A stretch of 64,000 nucleotides of DNA from Eledone cirrhosa (GCA_964016885.1 OZ024750.1:6200001-6264000), one strand, 5' to 3'; shown: positions 1-12,769, numbered from the stretch's first letter. Notes: generated from the letters alone by a model not told the origin. Program-made: numbers and translations.

Positions 1-538
1 AGCAATTGAAATACACATGTGTATATGTGTTTGTGTGTGTATGTGTGTGTCTGTGTGTGACGTGTGCGTGTGCGTGTGCGTGTGTGTGTGTGTAACTATA
101 TAATAGAATATATATACGAAAGGGTGCTAAGGATAAATTGTGAGTTCAGAACTTGTATTTAGCGCCCATGCACCACTATATATATATATATATATATACA
201 TATATATACATATACATATATATATACATATATATATATACATATATATATTATTTCATTTACTATGTTCTCGCGTCATAACTTGTGTTTTCTCGTGTGT
301 GAGTGAGTGTGTGTGTGTGTGTGTGTGGGGGGGGGGGGTTATAATCTATCTAAACAACTTGAAGTGGCATTTAAGAAGCTCATTTAGTGGTTTCCTGGTT
401 ATCTGTAAACTCTTCAATTCACTTAAGTTCCAGGTTATTATGTTGATACTGTCGTATATAAAATGAATAGTTATCACATTTATACATATTTATCTCACTT
501 CTGGTACTGATTTAAGCTTTCATTATTAGGGTCGGACG

Positions 539-728
539 CGGTGGATTGGCAGTATTGGTAGAGGGTCGGACGCCATGCTTTCACGTATAGAGTTACGGCC
601 CTTGCCATTCTGAGTTCAAATCCCGCCAAGGTTAACTTTGCCTTTCATCCTTACGGGGTCGATAAAATAAAGTACCAGTAATGTGCTGGGTAATTGCTGG
701 CCTTGTGCCAAAGGTAGAAACAATTATT
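539..728 (+). mobile_element. tRNA-derived Meta-domain SINE (main SINE family), short subfamily
   Basis: A-box-like TGGCAGTATTGG, B-box GAGTTCAAATCCC, central GCCTTTCATCCTTACGGGGTCGATAAAATAAAGTACCAG (Meta-SINE-like domain), tail GGCCTTGTGCCAAAGGTAGAAACAATT; many near-identical copies in the window. Confidence 0.9.
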
Positions 729-3700
729 AGTATAAGGTTTTGTAGTACACCTTCCTTATTTTCTCTTTCACTTCTGTGTTGTATTTTATCTCCGACTACG
801 TATTTCCATGGCATATTCTGGTCTAATTCTCTAATTTCAGTATCTGTGTCTAATTTAATATTCTCAGTTGTAGTTAATTGTCATCTTTTTGTTATAATAC
901 TCTCTAAAGAATATGTCAACAGTATAAAAACGACTCACATATCTCAAAATGAAGAGGAGAGAATGGATTCGAAAGGAAGCCGAAATATATAAAATCTCTG
1001 GAGACTAGGCCCACAATAGCCGACAAGGAAGTCACCACACTTTACAAACTGAATACCCACTGCCAATCCCAGTGGGTATGCTGTTCTCTGTAGTTCTTAA
1101 AATGTTGGTATTTCCTTGTCAGCTATTGGGAGCCTTGCCTCTAGTAATTTAGCATATTTTCGCTTTCCTTGGAATCTTTTCTGCTTTTTTTGTTTCGTAA
1201 TTTCACGCAGTATACTTGAGTTTCTGTTGCTGTTTTGCATCAGTGTTATTTATTTTGTATGTTTCTGTAGAACTTGTTAATATAAGATTCAGATACCTTT
1301 TTTTACCTTACATCAGTACATTACCATAATTTTTATAACGTTTGACAGAATAAGCTGTTATTTGTTTTAGGCTTTATATCTCCTGTGTTCAAATCCCAGA
1401 AAAGCCAACTTCGCCTTCCATCCTTCCAGGATCAATAATATAAACATTAGCAGGCAAATATTCTTCATTGCTATTCTCTCAAGTGTTTTTCTTTATTTTC
1501 TCTGTTTCAGTTGATTTGCCTGTAGCACATCTAGTTACAGTGATCTTATAACCATGCATTGAAAGCCAGTTTTCCCAGCAATTTAATATATATTTCTGTC
1601 ATAAGTATGGCACATTTTTCAGTAATAAAATTATTTCTGCTAAATATTCTACTACATTATAAGAAATTAAAAACAAGAATTTGTGTTGGGAGTAGGTGTG
1701 GGGGAGCACTCTTAAATTGGATCATTCTAGTTACTTACGTTTGCTTATGTAAAAATACTGAACGCGTTCACTTTACCTTTTCTCTCTCCGGGATTGAAAA
1801 CAGGAAGTTTCTGTAATATACTAACACTAGGTTGGATCAACTATATCCCTCCATTACAAATTCTCGGTGCTGTATTAATATAAAAAATCAAGTTTTCATG
1901 CCCCATGCCTTACATATATTAGTAACTAAAGCCATGCGAAAGCACACTATGAATTCTATCTTACTACACCAACCATTAAACAATATAATAATTTGCTTAT
2001 GGATTCTTTGATTACTATTCCTGTAAGTACAGTGTAGGCAATGCTTCGTTGACGAGGACATGATAGGACTAACACATATTCTCAGTTGTCTCTCTTAGCG
2101 AAAAAATTTAATATAATATTAGTAATTTAGAAACAATATCTTTCCCTCGCCATTTAATTGCTTTTGGTTAACTTTAAGACACTTTGAATTAAATATGTTA
2201 GGACTAACTTAACTATTACTATTGTTTTCACTAACTTTAATTGTACCACATTTCTTGAAGAAACATCTGTTAATTCTATCGAGGTTTTCATTATTTAACT
2301 GTTTTCCTGGCCTTATATAGGTCACAGTTAATACAATAAGAAAAAGAATGTATAATGTTTTTCAAGACAACATTGTCAATTAGAAGTGTCAACTGTTTGT
2401 CTTGAACAACTAAATATAATTATGTGTTGCAACGAGCATTAGACGTTATCTGACCTCGTTTTAAATATAACAAACAAACATTTCAGATTCAAATTTCATC
2501 AGTGAATGAATAACAGATTTCATGTTCATTTTGTATTGGTTTCGTTTGATTAGAGAAAAAAAATGAAGATTTTATTGTGTTCATTACATAAGGCCACTAG
2601 ATGTGTCAACGAGTTTACACTGATAAAGGAAAACATGTTGCAGGCTCGATACTTTTTAGACTTTAATCGACAAGCTTCACCTTTAACAGCCCAATTATTC
2701 TTTTTCTTCTACGTACAACGATTCTATAATTATTGGGTATTGAACAATTATTAAAAAAATGTTAAGAATAATGATAAAAAGTACATGAACCGCTATACAA
2801 TACAACTAAATATGATATTTTCCAGTTGTGCTTCCATACTAAAAAATGTATTCTCTTTTTAAACATACGCTAGTTTTCAACGTCTATCATCATCGGGATA
2901 AATCTTCTGAATATATTCCCTATAGTTCTATGACTTATAGTTTGCTATAAAGATAAAAGAAGTTTATTTCTGTTCATTTCTCACAGGCGACAATTTTTAT
3001 CACTTTCAGATTGTACCGTTAAAGTAATGATAAAGTTACATAAAGTATATGTCTGTGGGGTTACACTAGCTGTTTAATTCAGTGTGTTAATATCTACGAA
3101 ATATATTTAATAAATATCGAGAAATATTCGTATCGACTTTATTATCCAATAATAAAGTTATGAAATTATTAAATTTGTTATCTAACGACACTAACTATTA
3201 ATCAGTTAATAAAATATAATGCATCAGCTATCTATTAATAAACTAACTATAAAAGAAAAGGCAAAATGCGCCATTTTGGTAAGACGTTATAAAATAGTAA
3301 TAAATGTTGTACAGAAGAATTTAATTTTGTATCCATAACTCATTCTCAGTTGATTCAAATAAGAAATATATCTTCAGGAAAACAAATTTTCTTATCAATG
3401 AAGTAAAATTATCTAATATAAAGTTTGGTAAAAACCAGTCTGACGACAAAAAGTTGGGTCGTATGTTTACAGAAGATGATATTATGCATTATGTTACTGA
3501 GTTCGGAGTTAGATGGATATCTATGCTGGATATCTATGCTGGATATCATTTCTCATGGGTCACATGTAATATTAGAATATATATTATGTTCACGTCAGTA
3601 GAGTCTATCATATCTCATGCATTTACATAGAAAGGACATCGCATCAGAGAAACATGTTATATATGTTTCTTCTTGATTAGGAATATTTCAGAAAATTAGA

Positions 3701-4272
3701 CACCGACGGGAAGATTCTTGTGTTTTTCCCGATTACATTAACTAATGAGAGGAATCATCATCAAACGAGTACGAGTATCAAAACCAGATCTCGATCTCGA
3801 ATCACCATAAGTATATCACGTGCCATACAGTGATCTCTGATGGAAACTGGTACTTTTTGAAAATTATTCATAGAGGAAATGTCAATGCTTATGACCTTTG
3901 TCTGTCCTCTCAGACTGGTCAGATTGATGCAGGCGATGTCTAATAGGACTCTTTACAGGTTAAGGTGTGCAGGAGTAACGTAGATAGAGAGGGGAATCGA
4001 ACGCATTATGATAAATTGAACACAACCTGTAGCCAGCAAACAAGAACTACTTTAAACTGTCGTTAACCTGTAGGGCATATTAAGCCTAAATATCATATAC
4101 GAGACAATTGTCGTATGTAGGAGGTACAATACTCGCGATTCATCCTTATATACACAATAATAGATTTATATTTCCCTGGCTAATGTTCTTGGTTAATGTA
4201 TGAATATCACTTATTCCCATTCATCTTCCGATTAATATTTGTGATCTTGCCACAAGTTGAACGTTCGCTACT

Positions 4273-4378
4273 TGTTTCACATATAACGATGGAAGGGTGT
4301 AAGCCAATACATCGACTTTAGTGTTTCACATATAACGATGGAAGGGTGTAAGCCAATACATCGACTTTAGTGTTTCAC
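4273..4378. repeat. 49-bp tandem duplication adjoining a degenerate Meta-SINE (~4370-4460, minus)
   Basis: TGTTTCACATATAACGATGGAAGGGTGTAAGCCAATACATCGACTTTAG occurs twice head-to-tail. Confidence 0.85.
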
Positions 4379-5172
4379 GGATACTTGTTTTATCGTCACC
4401 AAAAGGATAAAAGACAAAGTTGACCTCGGCGGCATTTGAACTAAGGACGTAAAGCGATAGAAAATACGTTCCAACCCCTTCTTGTGAAGAATTTAACTCT
4501 TGCTATGCAATTATCATAATCTAATTTCTAGAAGTAATGTGAATCAGTCTAAAGTAAAGGCAATAGCATGGCTTCTCTTCTTAGTGCGAATCATTACGTC
4601 ATTGATGTCCTTGAATGTCACAAAGTGTGAAATTTGCATGCACGTAAAATTGTGTCTGAGCCAGAAATTAATGTGCGTTATCGATGAGTATGAGTTCGGT
4701 GGAAAGTAAGTTGTTTATCTAATTGGAGAATATCTAGACAATCCTAAAATATTACCTGAGGAAAAGAGCTATCTTTCATCTACTCAACACTACGGCCTCC
4801 AGAGCTAAATATTTCTTCTAAGAACTCTTATAGTTGAGTGAATAATTAACGATAACTATTAAACATTATAAACGACACCCGTAGGAATAATATCCGTCTG
4901 AAAATGCGAGGAGAAACAATTTATCAAAGTTGTCATAAAGATACAAATATGAAAAGGAGCGAGACAGAAAATGTAAGGTCAATCTAGAATTAAATTAAAT
5001 TATTGAAATAATGCTGCGTAATTTAGTATTTATTTTAAAAGCATTCGTAGATAAATAAACCCTGTTAAATAGAATTAGGCCGAGAAACGATTCCTACGAG
5101 GAGATTCAGTCAAAGGAAACCAAACAAACAAAACGATTAAAAAAATAAAACTTTTACCGTTTCACATTTTCT

Positions 5173-5242
<70 letters not shown>

Positions 5243-6028
5243 CTATCTCTCTCTATCTCTTTCTCTCTATCTATCTTTCTCTCTCTCTCCACCTCTGCCT
5301 ATCTCTCTCTCTCTCTCCACCTCCACCTCTCTCTGTTTATATATCAATCTATCTTATTTTCTTCTCTCACATATTGTTCGCATTGTCACTCATTCTCACA
5401 CACTACACCTTCTCAAGCACTTTCTCAATCTCCCACGCATTTCCTCTCTTAGATGCAGACTAAAATGTGTTAGTTGAATGAGACGCTACTTCTATATACA
5501 CTTTGGTATCTCGTGACTTAAACATTTATAGAGCAGTGGAATTTACAAGCACAAACAGACGAGTGCTGAATTTGACGCATTATGTTCTTGTTTAGTTCTC
5601 GGTCTCCTGGTTCTAGCTTCTAAGATGCTAACATATGTAACATTAGTTTAGTATCTTCCTTTCTCCTTCTTTATTTACAATACTTTCCCGTCTAAAAAGC
5701 GCTTACTCAATCGAAAATAATTTTTTTTTAATGGACATATGATGAGTTCTTAGGTTGGAGTATGTTACGTACATGTGAGGTTGAGTTGTGAACGGTTTTG
5801 TGATTCAGTGTAAGTGTGCAGTTGAAACTCTTTCCTTTCATTTACATCACTACTACAGTCTCACATGTTCACTTCATGCAAATATAAGAAACAATTGTTT
5901 CTTAAACAATACTTCCATTTTCACTGTATTATTCATCCATTACTAACTATACTGCGTGGGAGAGTGTATGTATATATGTATATATATATATATATATATA
6001 TACATACACATATGTATGTATGTATGTA

Positions 6029-6088
<60 letters not shown>

Positions 6089-6168
6089 CACACCCCACTC
6101 TCAAGCGTGAACCTAATACTAACACTTTGTACTGCACTCTTCGTTATTGTTTTTGTTTTCTGTTTTCA

Positions 6169-6205
<37 letters not shown>

Positions 6206-6207
<2 letters not shown>

Positions 6208-6399
6208 CAAAGGAATTGGGGTAAGGAACCAAATGGACCATAACGCACCAGAGTACTCAATACTTAGGGTAGTAGAGTGGGAAATAGGAAAAAGTATGAC
6301 CCCCGACGGCAGAGCTCAAGCCGTTTCGACGGCTATTTCTGGACTATAGAAATACCCGTCGAAACGGCTTGAGCTCTGCCGTCGGGGTCATACTTTTTC

Positions 6400-6400
<1 letters not shown>
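6206..6400 (-). mobile_element. PLE-like pLTR fragment family A (fold-back, 3' half of hammerhead) in (TA)n
   Basis: Inverted arms 6287-6340/6348-6400; contains GAAACGGCTTGAGCTCTGCCGTC^GGGG; ~80-bp unique tail; (TA)n on both sides; 7 copies in window. Confidence 0.8.
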
Positions 6401-6451
<51 letters not shown>

Positions 6452-7515
6452 CGTATATCGTATGTTATTCTCTTCTACATTCGGAATAATACAAACGCTC
6501 TTTGAAACAAAAATATAAAAAATAAAAATAGCTAAAATAAAAGTAAAATCTTATAAAGGATGAAGAGAAAACCAATGATAAAGAAAGAACAAAAAAATAC
6601 ACCTACTACAGCCTTAACAAACCCAACTGTGTTGCAGTCACCATGTTCTTTATTTCTTATTCAATGTAATATGTGAGTGGCTGGTATATGAGGAGGTAAA
6701 GATGAGAGAATAAGTTAGTAGAACAGAAATGTCCTTTCCTTTGCAAGTAAGCTTAATATATACGCGGGACAGGTTTTCTTTGGTTTTTTAAAGTACGTCT
6801 AACCTAGTGTTGTCGCTAGTATCAGATATTAATCTAAACCAGCTTTCAGTTAAATAGTACACTCTGTAAACTACGCACTACAACATATTAGGTATGTAAT
6901 CTTACTGTGCCAACATTTAAATCTTCCATGTAATAAATAATGTACTACAAGTCTTATAAAATCTTTGATTACATCAGTATGAATGTGATTGTGTACGCGC
7001 GTGTGTATGTAAATGTGTATGTGGGTGTGTATGTAAATGTGTATGTGGGTGTGTATGTAAATGTGTATGTGGTTGTGTATGTAAATGTGTATGTGGGTGC
7101 ATCTCATTGTGTCATTATGAATGTCTGTATGCATTTCAATTTGTATTCCCACAGGCAATTTTGGAGGGTGAGAGTTAGGAGGGAATGAGTTGGAAGTAAA
7201 TAGACGAATAAATGTAGAAAAAAACATATTCAGACACACACACATACACATATACACACACACACACAAACAACGTTCACATAGAAACACATACATATAC
7301 ACATTATATGTGTATATACAATTACGTGTAAAATCCTCTTTCTCACATGCACGCCCCCCCACCCACCCACATATATATATATATTGTCTTTAAAGCGTTG
7401 AAATATCCGAGACCCCCAGTAGACAACTGGTGAGGACCCCCCCCCCTCGTCCTTGCTTTCTTCTTAGTCTCATTCCATTTTTTAGCCTAACTTAACTAGC
7501 AACTACACACCCATC

Positions 7516-7570
<55 letters not shown>

Positions 7571-7571
<1 letters not shown>

Positions 7572-7781
7572 ACGGAGGAGTTGTGGTAAGGAACCAGATT
7601 GACCATAACGCACCAGAGTACTCAATACTTAGGGTAGTAGAGTGGGTAATAGGAGAAAGTATGACCCCGACGGCAGAGCTCAAGCTATTTCGACGGCTAT
7701 TTCTGGACGTATATATATATATTTCTGTCCAAAAATAGCCGTCGAAAAGGCTTGAGCTCTGCCGTCGGGGTCATACTCTCT

Positions 7782-7783
<2 letters not shown>
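7571..7783 (-). mobile_element. PLE-like family A fold-back copy in (TA)n
   Basis: Same tail plus inverted arms as 6206-6400. Confidence 0.8.
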
Positions 7784-7853
<70 letters not shown>

Positions 7854-7971
7854 ATGTTCTACAACCAACATTATTAAAAGATACTGCTAACACATTTAAG
7901 AATAATTTTTTAAAATGTAATGAATATTTCAAATTACAAGCAGCAAAATAGCATTAATACTTAAAAACATA

Positions 7972-8123
7972 TATCCAGTCAATGGTAATTGTATGGGAAA
8001 ATCCACTATCTATACAATCACTGTCACAACTAACATTAATCAGAATGAATGGCATACATAACAGGATTAGCAGAAAAGCAATTTAAAATTAGGTATTACC
8101 GCTATAAATATACATGTAGAAAT
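7972..8123 (+). pseudogene. Degenerate Penelope-like GIY-YIG endonuclease fragment
   Basis: Manual translation with one frameshift: YPVNGNCMGKSTIYTITVTTN... / AYITGLAEKQFKIRYYRYK, resembling the PLE endonuclease pattern CPLxGxCxxxxxxY...YIGLTExxFKxRY. Confidence 0.6.
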
Positions 8124-8395
8124 TTATAAAGAGTTTACATAAGCCTAACTATAAATATCGACGATTTGTATAGAGATACATACAAAGTAGACTTCACTTT
8201 CTTTTTATGACGAGCAGTTTCCATAAAACTACAACTAAATTTTCTGAAAATATTTTATTACTTATTACTAGTTTATTTAAATACAGGTTTATTTATATTC
8301 CCTTCGTGATCATATACTACCCTAATACAGAATCCACTGATAACCAAAGTCTAAAATTCGCAAACGTAACTAGAGAGTTATAGTGGACTTTGAAA

Positions 8396-8446
<51 letters not shown>

Positions 8447-8484
8447 GGTGTGTGTGTGTGTGTGTGTGTATGTATGTTGTCGTT

Positions 8485-8730
8485 GTTACAGCTCACACCT
8501 ATGCAGGTTTAGCTGGCCTCCTCCAAGATATAGCTCGTTGGAGGTGTCTTGGGTGATTTAATGATAGGGACCCCAATCCTATCATCGCATTTCCACAGCT
8601 GACTTAACAGGAGTAACGTGAAATAAAGTGCCTTGCTCAAGGAAACAACACATCACCCGGTCCGAGAATTGAACTCACAACCTTTCGAATGCAAGCCCAA
8701 TGCTCTAACCACTAAGCCATGCGCCTTCAC
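8485..8730 (-). mobile_element. tRNA-derived CORE-type SINE (second family)
   Basis: Reverse complement of 28025-28268; A/B boxes and CCTTGAGCAAGGCACTTTATTTCAC core. Confidence 0.85.
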
Positions 8731-8752
8731 AATATATGTATGTAATGTAATG

Positions 8753-8960
8753 ATTAAATTTAATCCCAAAGAGAAGAAACCAGAACATTTTTCTCTGAAA
8801 GTTCCTAAACTCTGAAGAAGGGAGTTTTTAGGCTCGAAATATTAGGACGAAAGAAATAACGTCAACAACAACAACAAAACAAAGATTATCAGGTAACTTA
8901 CTTCTTCGTTACCTCCATCTTATCGTCTATTTTGCATTATTTAGCCTTATATCACTTTCC
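8753..8960 (+). mobile_element. PLE-like family C fragment with minimal hammerhead (8810-8846)
   Basis: CTGAAGA-A-GGG..CTC-GAAA-TAT-TA; homologous to 17400-17567 on the opposite strand; ends at (TA)n. Confidence 0.6.
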
Positions 8961-8962
8961 AC

Positions 8963-9019
<57 letters not shown>

Positions 9020-9353
9020 GAAAGGTATAGAAAACATTGTAGCAAAATACCAACAGTATTCCATAATATATAATTGGATTGAATCTAATTATATATTTAT
9101 ATATATATATATATATATATATAATTAGATTCAATCCAATCTTAGAAACAAACTAGAAATAGGAGTGAAAACATGAAATATAATGAAATGAAACAAAATA
9201 CATTGTAATGTACTTTAAATATAAACAAGTAAAGGAAGTGAAGAGTTGTTTTATCTACAATATAGACTAAAGAAAATGGGAGGCAAATTAAATTAATCAT
9301 CGTCAGAACAAAGCAAAGGTGAAGATTGTTACAAAAAAATATATAGTAGAACA

Positions 9354-9429
<76 letters not shown>

Positions 9430-9749
9430 ACTTTGTATACTTTATATACATTATAAAATTTTTCAAAAGAATTGTCCCTCTCATTTTTTCAATAATGTCA
9501 ATTTGACGAATCAAAGAAAGAATATAAAAAAAACAGACCCTTAAATATATATTTCCGTGCTTTTTCCAACTTCACCTTTTATATATATATATATATAGGT
9601 AACATTTGCATTACACACACAAACAGATATATATATACATATAGATCTGTGTGTGTGATGTGTATATATATATATAACTATATACACACATAACTATATA
9701 CATATATATATATATATATATACAGGATCGGAGACGAACTCATATACTA

Positions 9750-9843
9750 AGCATATCTGACGACCTTTCCATTACAGAGTCAGGTTCGATCTATAACAGA
9801 TCTTGCCTCGAGCTGATCGATAGTGAAACATATGTAATATGTT
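9750..9843 (+). ncRNA. Type I hammerhead ribozyme with extended stem II (family B element 9724-9893)
   Basis: Stem I AGCATAT/ATATGTT, core CTGACGA 9757-9763, 61-nt stem II hairpin, GAAA 9825-9828, palindromic ACATATGT, predicted cleavage GUA after 9836. Confidence 0.75.
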
Positions 9844-9892
9844 ATTAAACATGTTATGATGCAACACTAAATCCTTGTTCCTTATCCTTATA

Positions 9893-9931
<39 letters not shown>

Positions 9932-10497
9932 TATACACAAGTGTTACCCATATAATATGTTTTCTCTAATATTACAACACTTGTTATCAGAACTGCCAAA
10001 ATGTGTTCCACATATGTTTTACTAGAAAAAAACAACAAACATAACGAATGTTTTCTACAACACACCTGGTCTGTCAGATTTGTTATGTTTTACACATATA
10101 AACGTCTCCATGCCTTATATGATGACAATAGCAAAATACGAAAGATATTTCGAATAAAACATCCCCCAGATATCATATAACAAGTCTAAAATCATTTTCA
10201 CGATAAAAATAACTATAATGTGTTAATACTTGATAAAACAATACTGTAAAGAAATGACTTCAAAGTTTTAAAATTATATTGATATATTTATTGAATTAAA
10301 CGTATTAAGGCAATTACGAAATGTGTAATTGCTACAAATGAAATTATACACAACCACTTCACTACCTACATTTATAGCTTATTTACAATGATGGGTATAA
10401 AATAGATGAAACAGAATGAACTTTTCTATAGGTGGATGGTATGACAAATAATAAAACAACTTGTTTGTAAATTCTCAATCGGAGACAATATATATAT

Positions 10498-10535
<38 letters not shown>

Positions 10536-10536
<1 letters not shown>

Positions 10537-10787
10537 AAGAATGATTAATAAAATAAGTAGATATCATAAAAAGGTAATTCTTGGAATAAATTACCTTTTT
10601 ATGATGTTTACCCGTTTTATTGATAATTCTTTATCTACACTCCGGTATATAGAAGAATCGGAAACCATGTTTCTTTAACTGTTCTTTTGTAACTCGTTGA
10701 TTAACCCCTCACCGTACGTCGACTCTATCTAGTGTAGTAATTAACCATTACTGCATTCAGGATAATCCTAAGCATTTCTTGCATAAC

Positions 10788-10792
<5 letters not shown>
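10536..10792 (+). mobile_element. Fold-back element with unique tail in (TA)n (PLE-like architecture)
   Basis: Imperfect inverted arms 10536-10579/10589-10632 followed by ~160-bp tail; flanked by (TA)n. Confidence 0.55.
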
Positions 10793-10832
<40 letters not shown>

Positions 10833-10865
10833 ACACACACATATATATATATATATATTGGAATT

Positions 10866-10961
10866 ACCCCCTGAGAAGCTCGGCTATTCATATATCAGGA
10901 TAAAAAATTTCATTTAGTCCAGAATTAGCCGTCGAAACGGCTTGAGCTCAGCCGTCGGGGT
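10866..10961 (+). ncRNA. Type I hammerhead ribozyme of family A (only copy retaining the 5' core)
   Basis: Stem I ACCCC/GGGGT, core CTGAGAA (C3-A8 mismatch), stem II CGGCTA/TAGCCG, GAAA, stem III ACGGC/GCCGT, predicted cleavage GUC after 10956. Confidence 0.65.
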
Positions 10962-10971
10962 CCTACTCGTT

Positions 10972-11025
<54 letters not shown>

Positions 11026-11139
11026 ACAGAGTTAGAGATTCATACATAATAAATACTGCCAACATTATGAAAAGTAATGTTTTTAACATGCACCACAAAA
11101 GAACTCAGATAATGACAAAGTAACACTACTCCTTACAGA

Positions 11140-11568
11140 AAACATTATCCATATAATATTGTTGAAGATCATCAGGGTAAATATCTTGCAATATGTATAA
11201 CAGTTCCAACAGACGACAATTCGTCTCTAAATATCATAGAATGGAGAAACCTTTCAAGTATATAGATTTGGGAGTAAAGACACTCCGAGTGTTGGGATTG
11301 AAATCTGAAATATTCCCTATAATAACGAATGCCATGAGAATGACATACACTAAAAGAAAGGACTTATACACACATATATGCTGCAAGCAGACTATAGCAT
11401 TATTTGTTACCATGTATATTTACTTAGAGTATATAAGAGATAAACATAAAATCAAAGCAAGTCATTGCTCAAACCTTAGGCACACAGAACTGTGTTCGAT
11501 TGTGTAGAGAAATCACGCAATCAAAATATAACAATTGTGAGGATAATAATAATAATAATAATAATAAT
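11140..11568 (+). mobile_element. R4/Dong-clade non-LTR retrotransposon 3' fragment (restriction-like endonuclease region) with (TAA)n tail
   Basis: EKPFKYIDLGVKTLRVLGLKSEIFPII resembles the EKxxKYxDLxxExxRxWxLKxxxxPIIxGALG motif; upstream ITVPTDDN; ends in a TAA repeat. Confidence 0.65.
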
Positions 11569-12024
11569 GAGAAGAAGAAGAAGAAGAAGAAGAAGAATTT
11601 TTTTTATTTTAACAAGGGACAGCAAAGAAAGGCCTTAGAAAGGATGAAATGAAGTTAGAAATAAAAATACTGAGAACTAATAAATGGAAGGAACTGGGGA
11701 GATAAAACCGTATAGAAATTACGTCTTCAAACGGAAAAAATAATAAAATAAAATCTCGCTTTTCGCTATAACCAGCAGCGGCATCTTCCTCACCAGCAGT
11801 AGTAGCTGCAGCAACTGTTGCTGCTGCAACATCATATGCAATAGAAAGTAATGACCATCAGTGTGAGTCATCACAGATGGGTTAGCCGACAAAAGATATC
11901 ATCCATATTTCTAAACAACAGAGAAGAACAACAGCTGCCAGATCAAATTGTTGTTGTTGTTAAAACTCTTGTTGCATGTATTGTTTGTGTTGTTGTTATT
12001 GTTGTTGTCGTTGATCGAGTATAT

Positions 12025-12230
12025 AATTGTTTCTACTTTAGGCACAAGGCCAGCAATTTTGGGGGTGGGGAAAGTCGATTAAATCGACCCCAGTACATTA
12101 CTGGTGCTTTATTTTATCGACCCCCGTAAGGAAGAAAAGCAAAGCTAACCTCGGTTTGATTTGAACTTAGATCGTAAAGGAGTGTAAACCCTATGATATA
12201 AAACATATTGTCCGACACTCTACCACCCTG
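12025..12230 (-). mobile_element. Meta-domain SINE, long subfamily, diverged
   Basis: Reverse complement matches the SINE consensus including the GGGGTCGATTTAATCGACTT segment. Confidence 0.85.
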
Positions 12231-12469
12231 ATAGAGTATATAATTAAAATAAATCTAAATTTCAACGTCGTATCTTATCTTAGGGTTAACTGTATCCAGG
12301 ACAATATATCCAATGACCCCTTCCTATTTGATGAGGGTAGGGATATGATATCAGGAGACTTGTTGCTAGTTCTAACAGATCATGTGACCATATAGTATGA
12401 CCTGTTGGTTCATTGTTGCAGTTTCGGTTTCGCTCCCAGTTGATTCCATTCCAGGATTTAAGGGGCTTG

Positions 12470-12769
12470 GTGACATTGGATGTTTCCATTTCCGGGTCAT
12501 ATCCGTACAACCACATCACATTTCCAGATATCATGCTATTCGGGATCTCGAGAGACTTGATGGTACCATCAGGCGAAATGATAATACAACAAGTATGTTG
12601 TAGGGCAAATAATATGTCTGCTGCCTGCAACTGGCGCACCCAATGAGCTCACAAAAATCACGACTGTGCTGGAATCTATGCGAGCACACTTTGCAAACTT
12701 TTGTCTCCTTAACGCCATTACGTCCCACGGAAAAAAATAAACTCGGATACTTTTATCGACAAACCTATA
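12470..12769 (-). mobile_element. Internally deleted mariner-type DNA transposon remnant
   Basis: MISGNVMWLYGYDPEME resembles the mariner transposase motif IITGDETWVYGYDPETK; GGATACTTTTATCGACAAACCTATA at 12745-12769 resembles a mariner TIR ending in TA. Confidence 0.55.

Noticed and set aside
2470-2506. Minus-strand CTGATGA...GAAA
   Set aside because: No convincing stem I or II; expected by chance in AT-rich DNA
3430-3960. Possible very old Tc1/mariner transposase remnant
   Set aside because: Only a vague PDL-like motif; too decayed to support by eye
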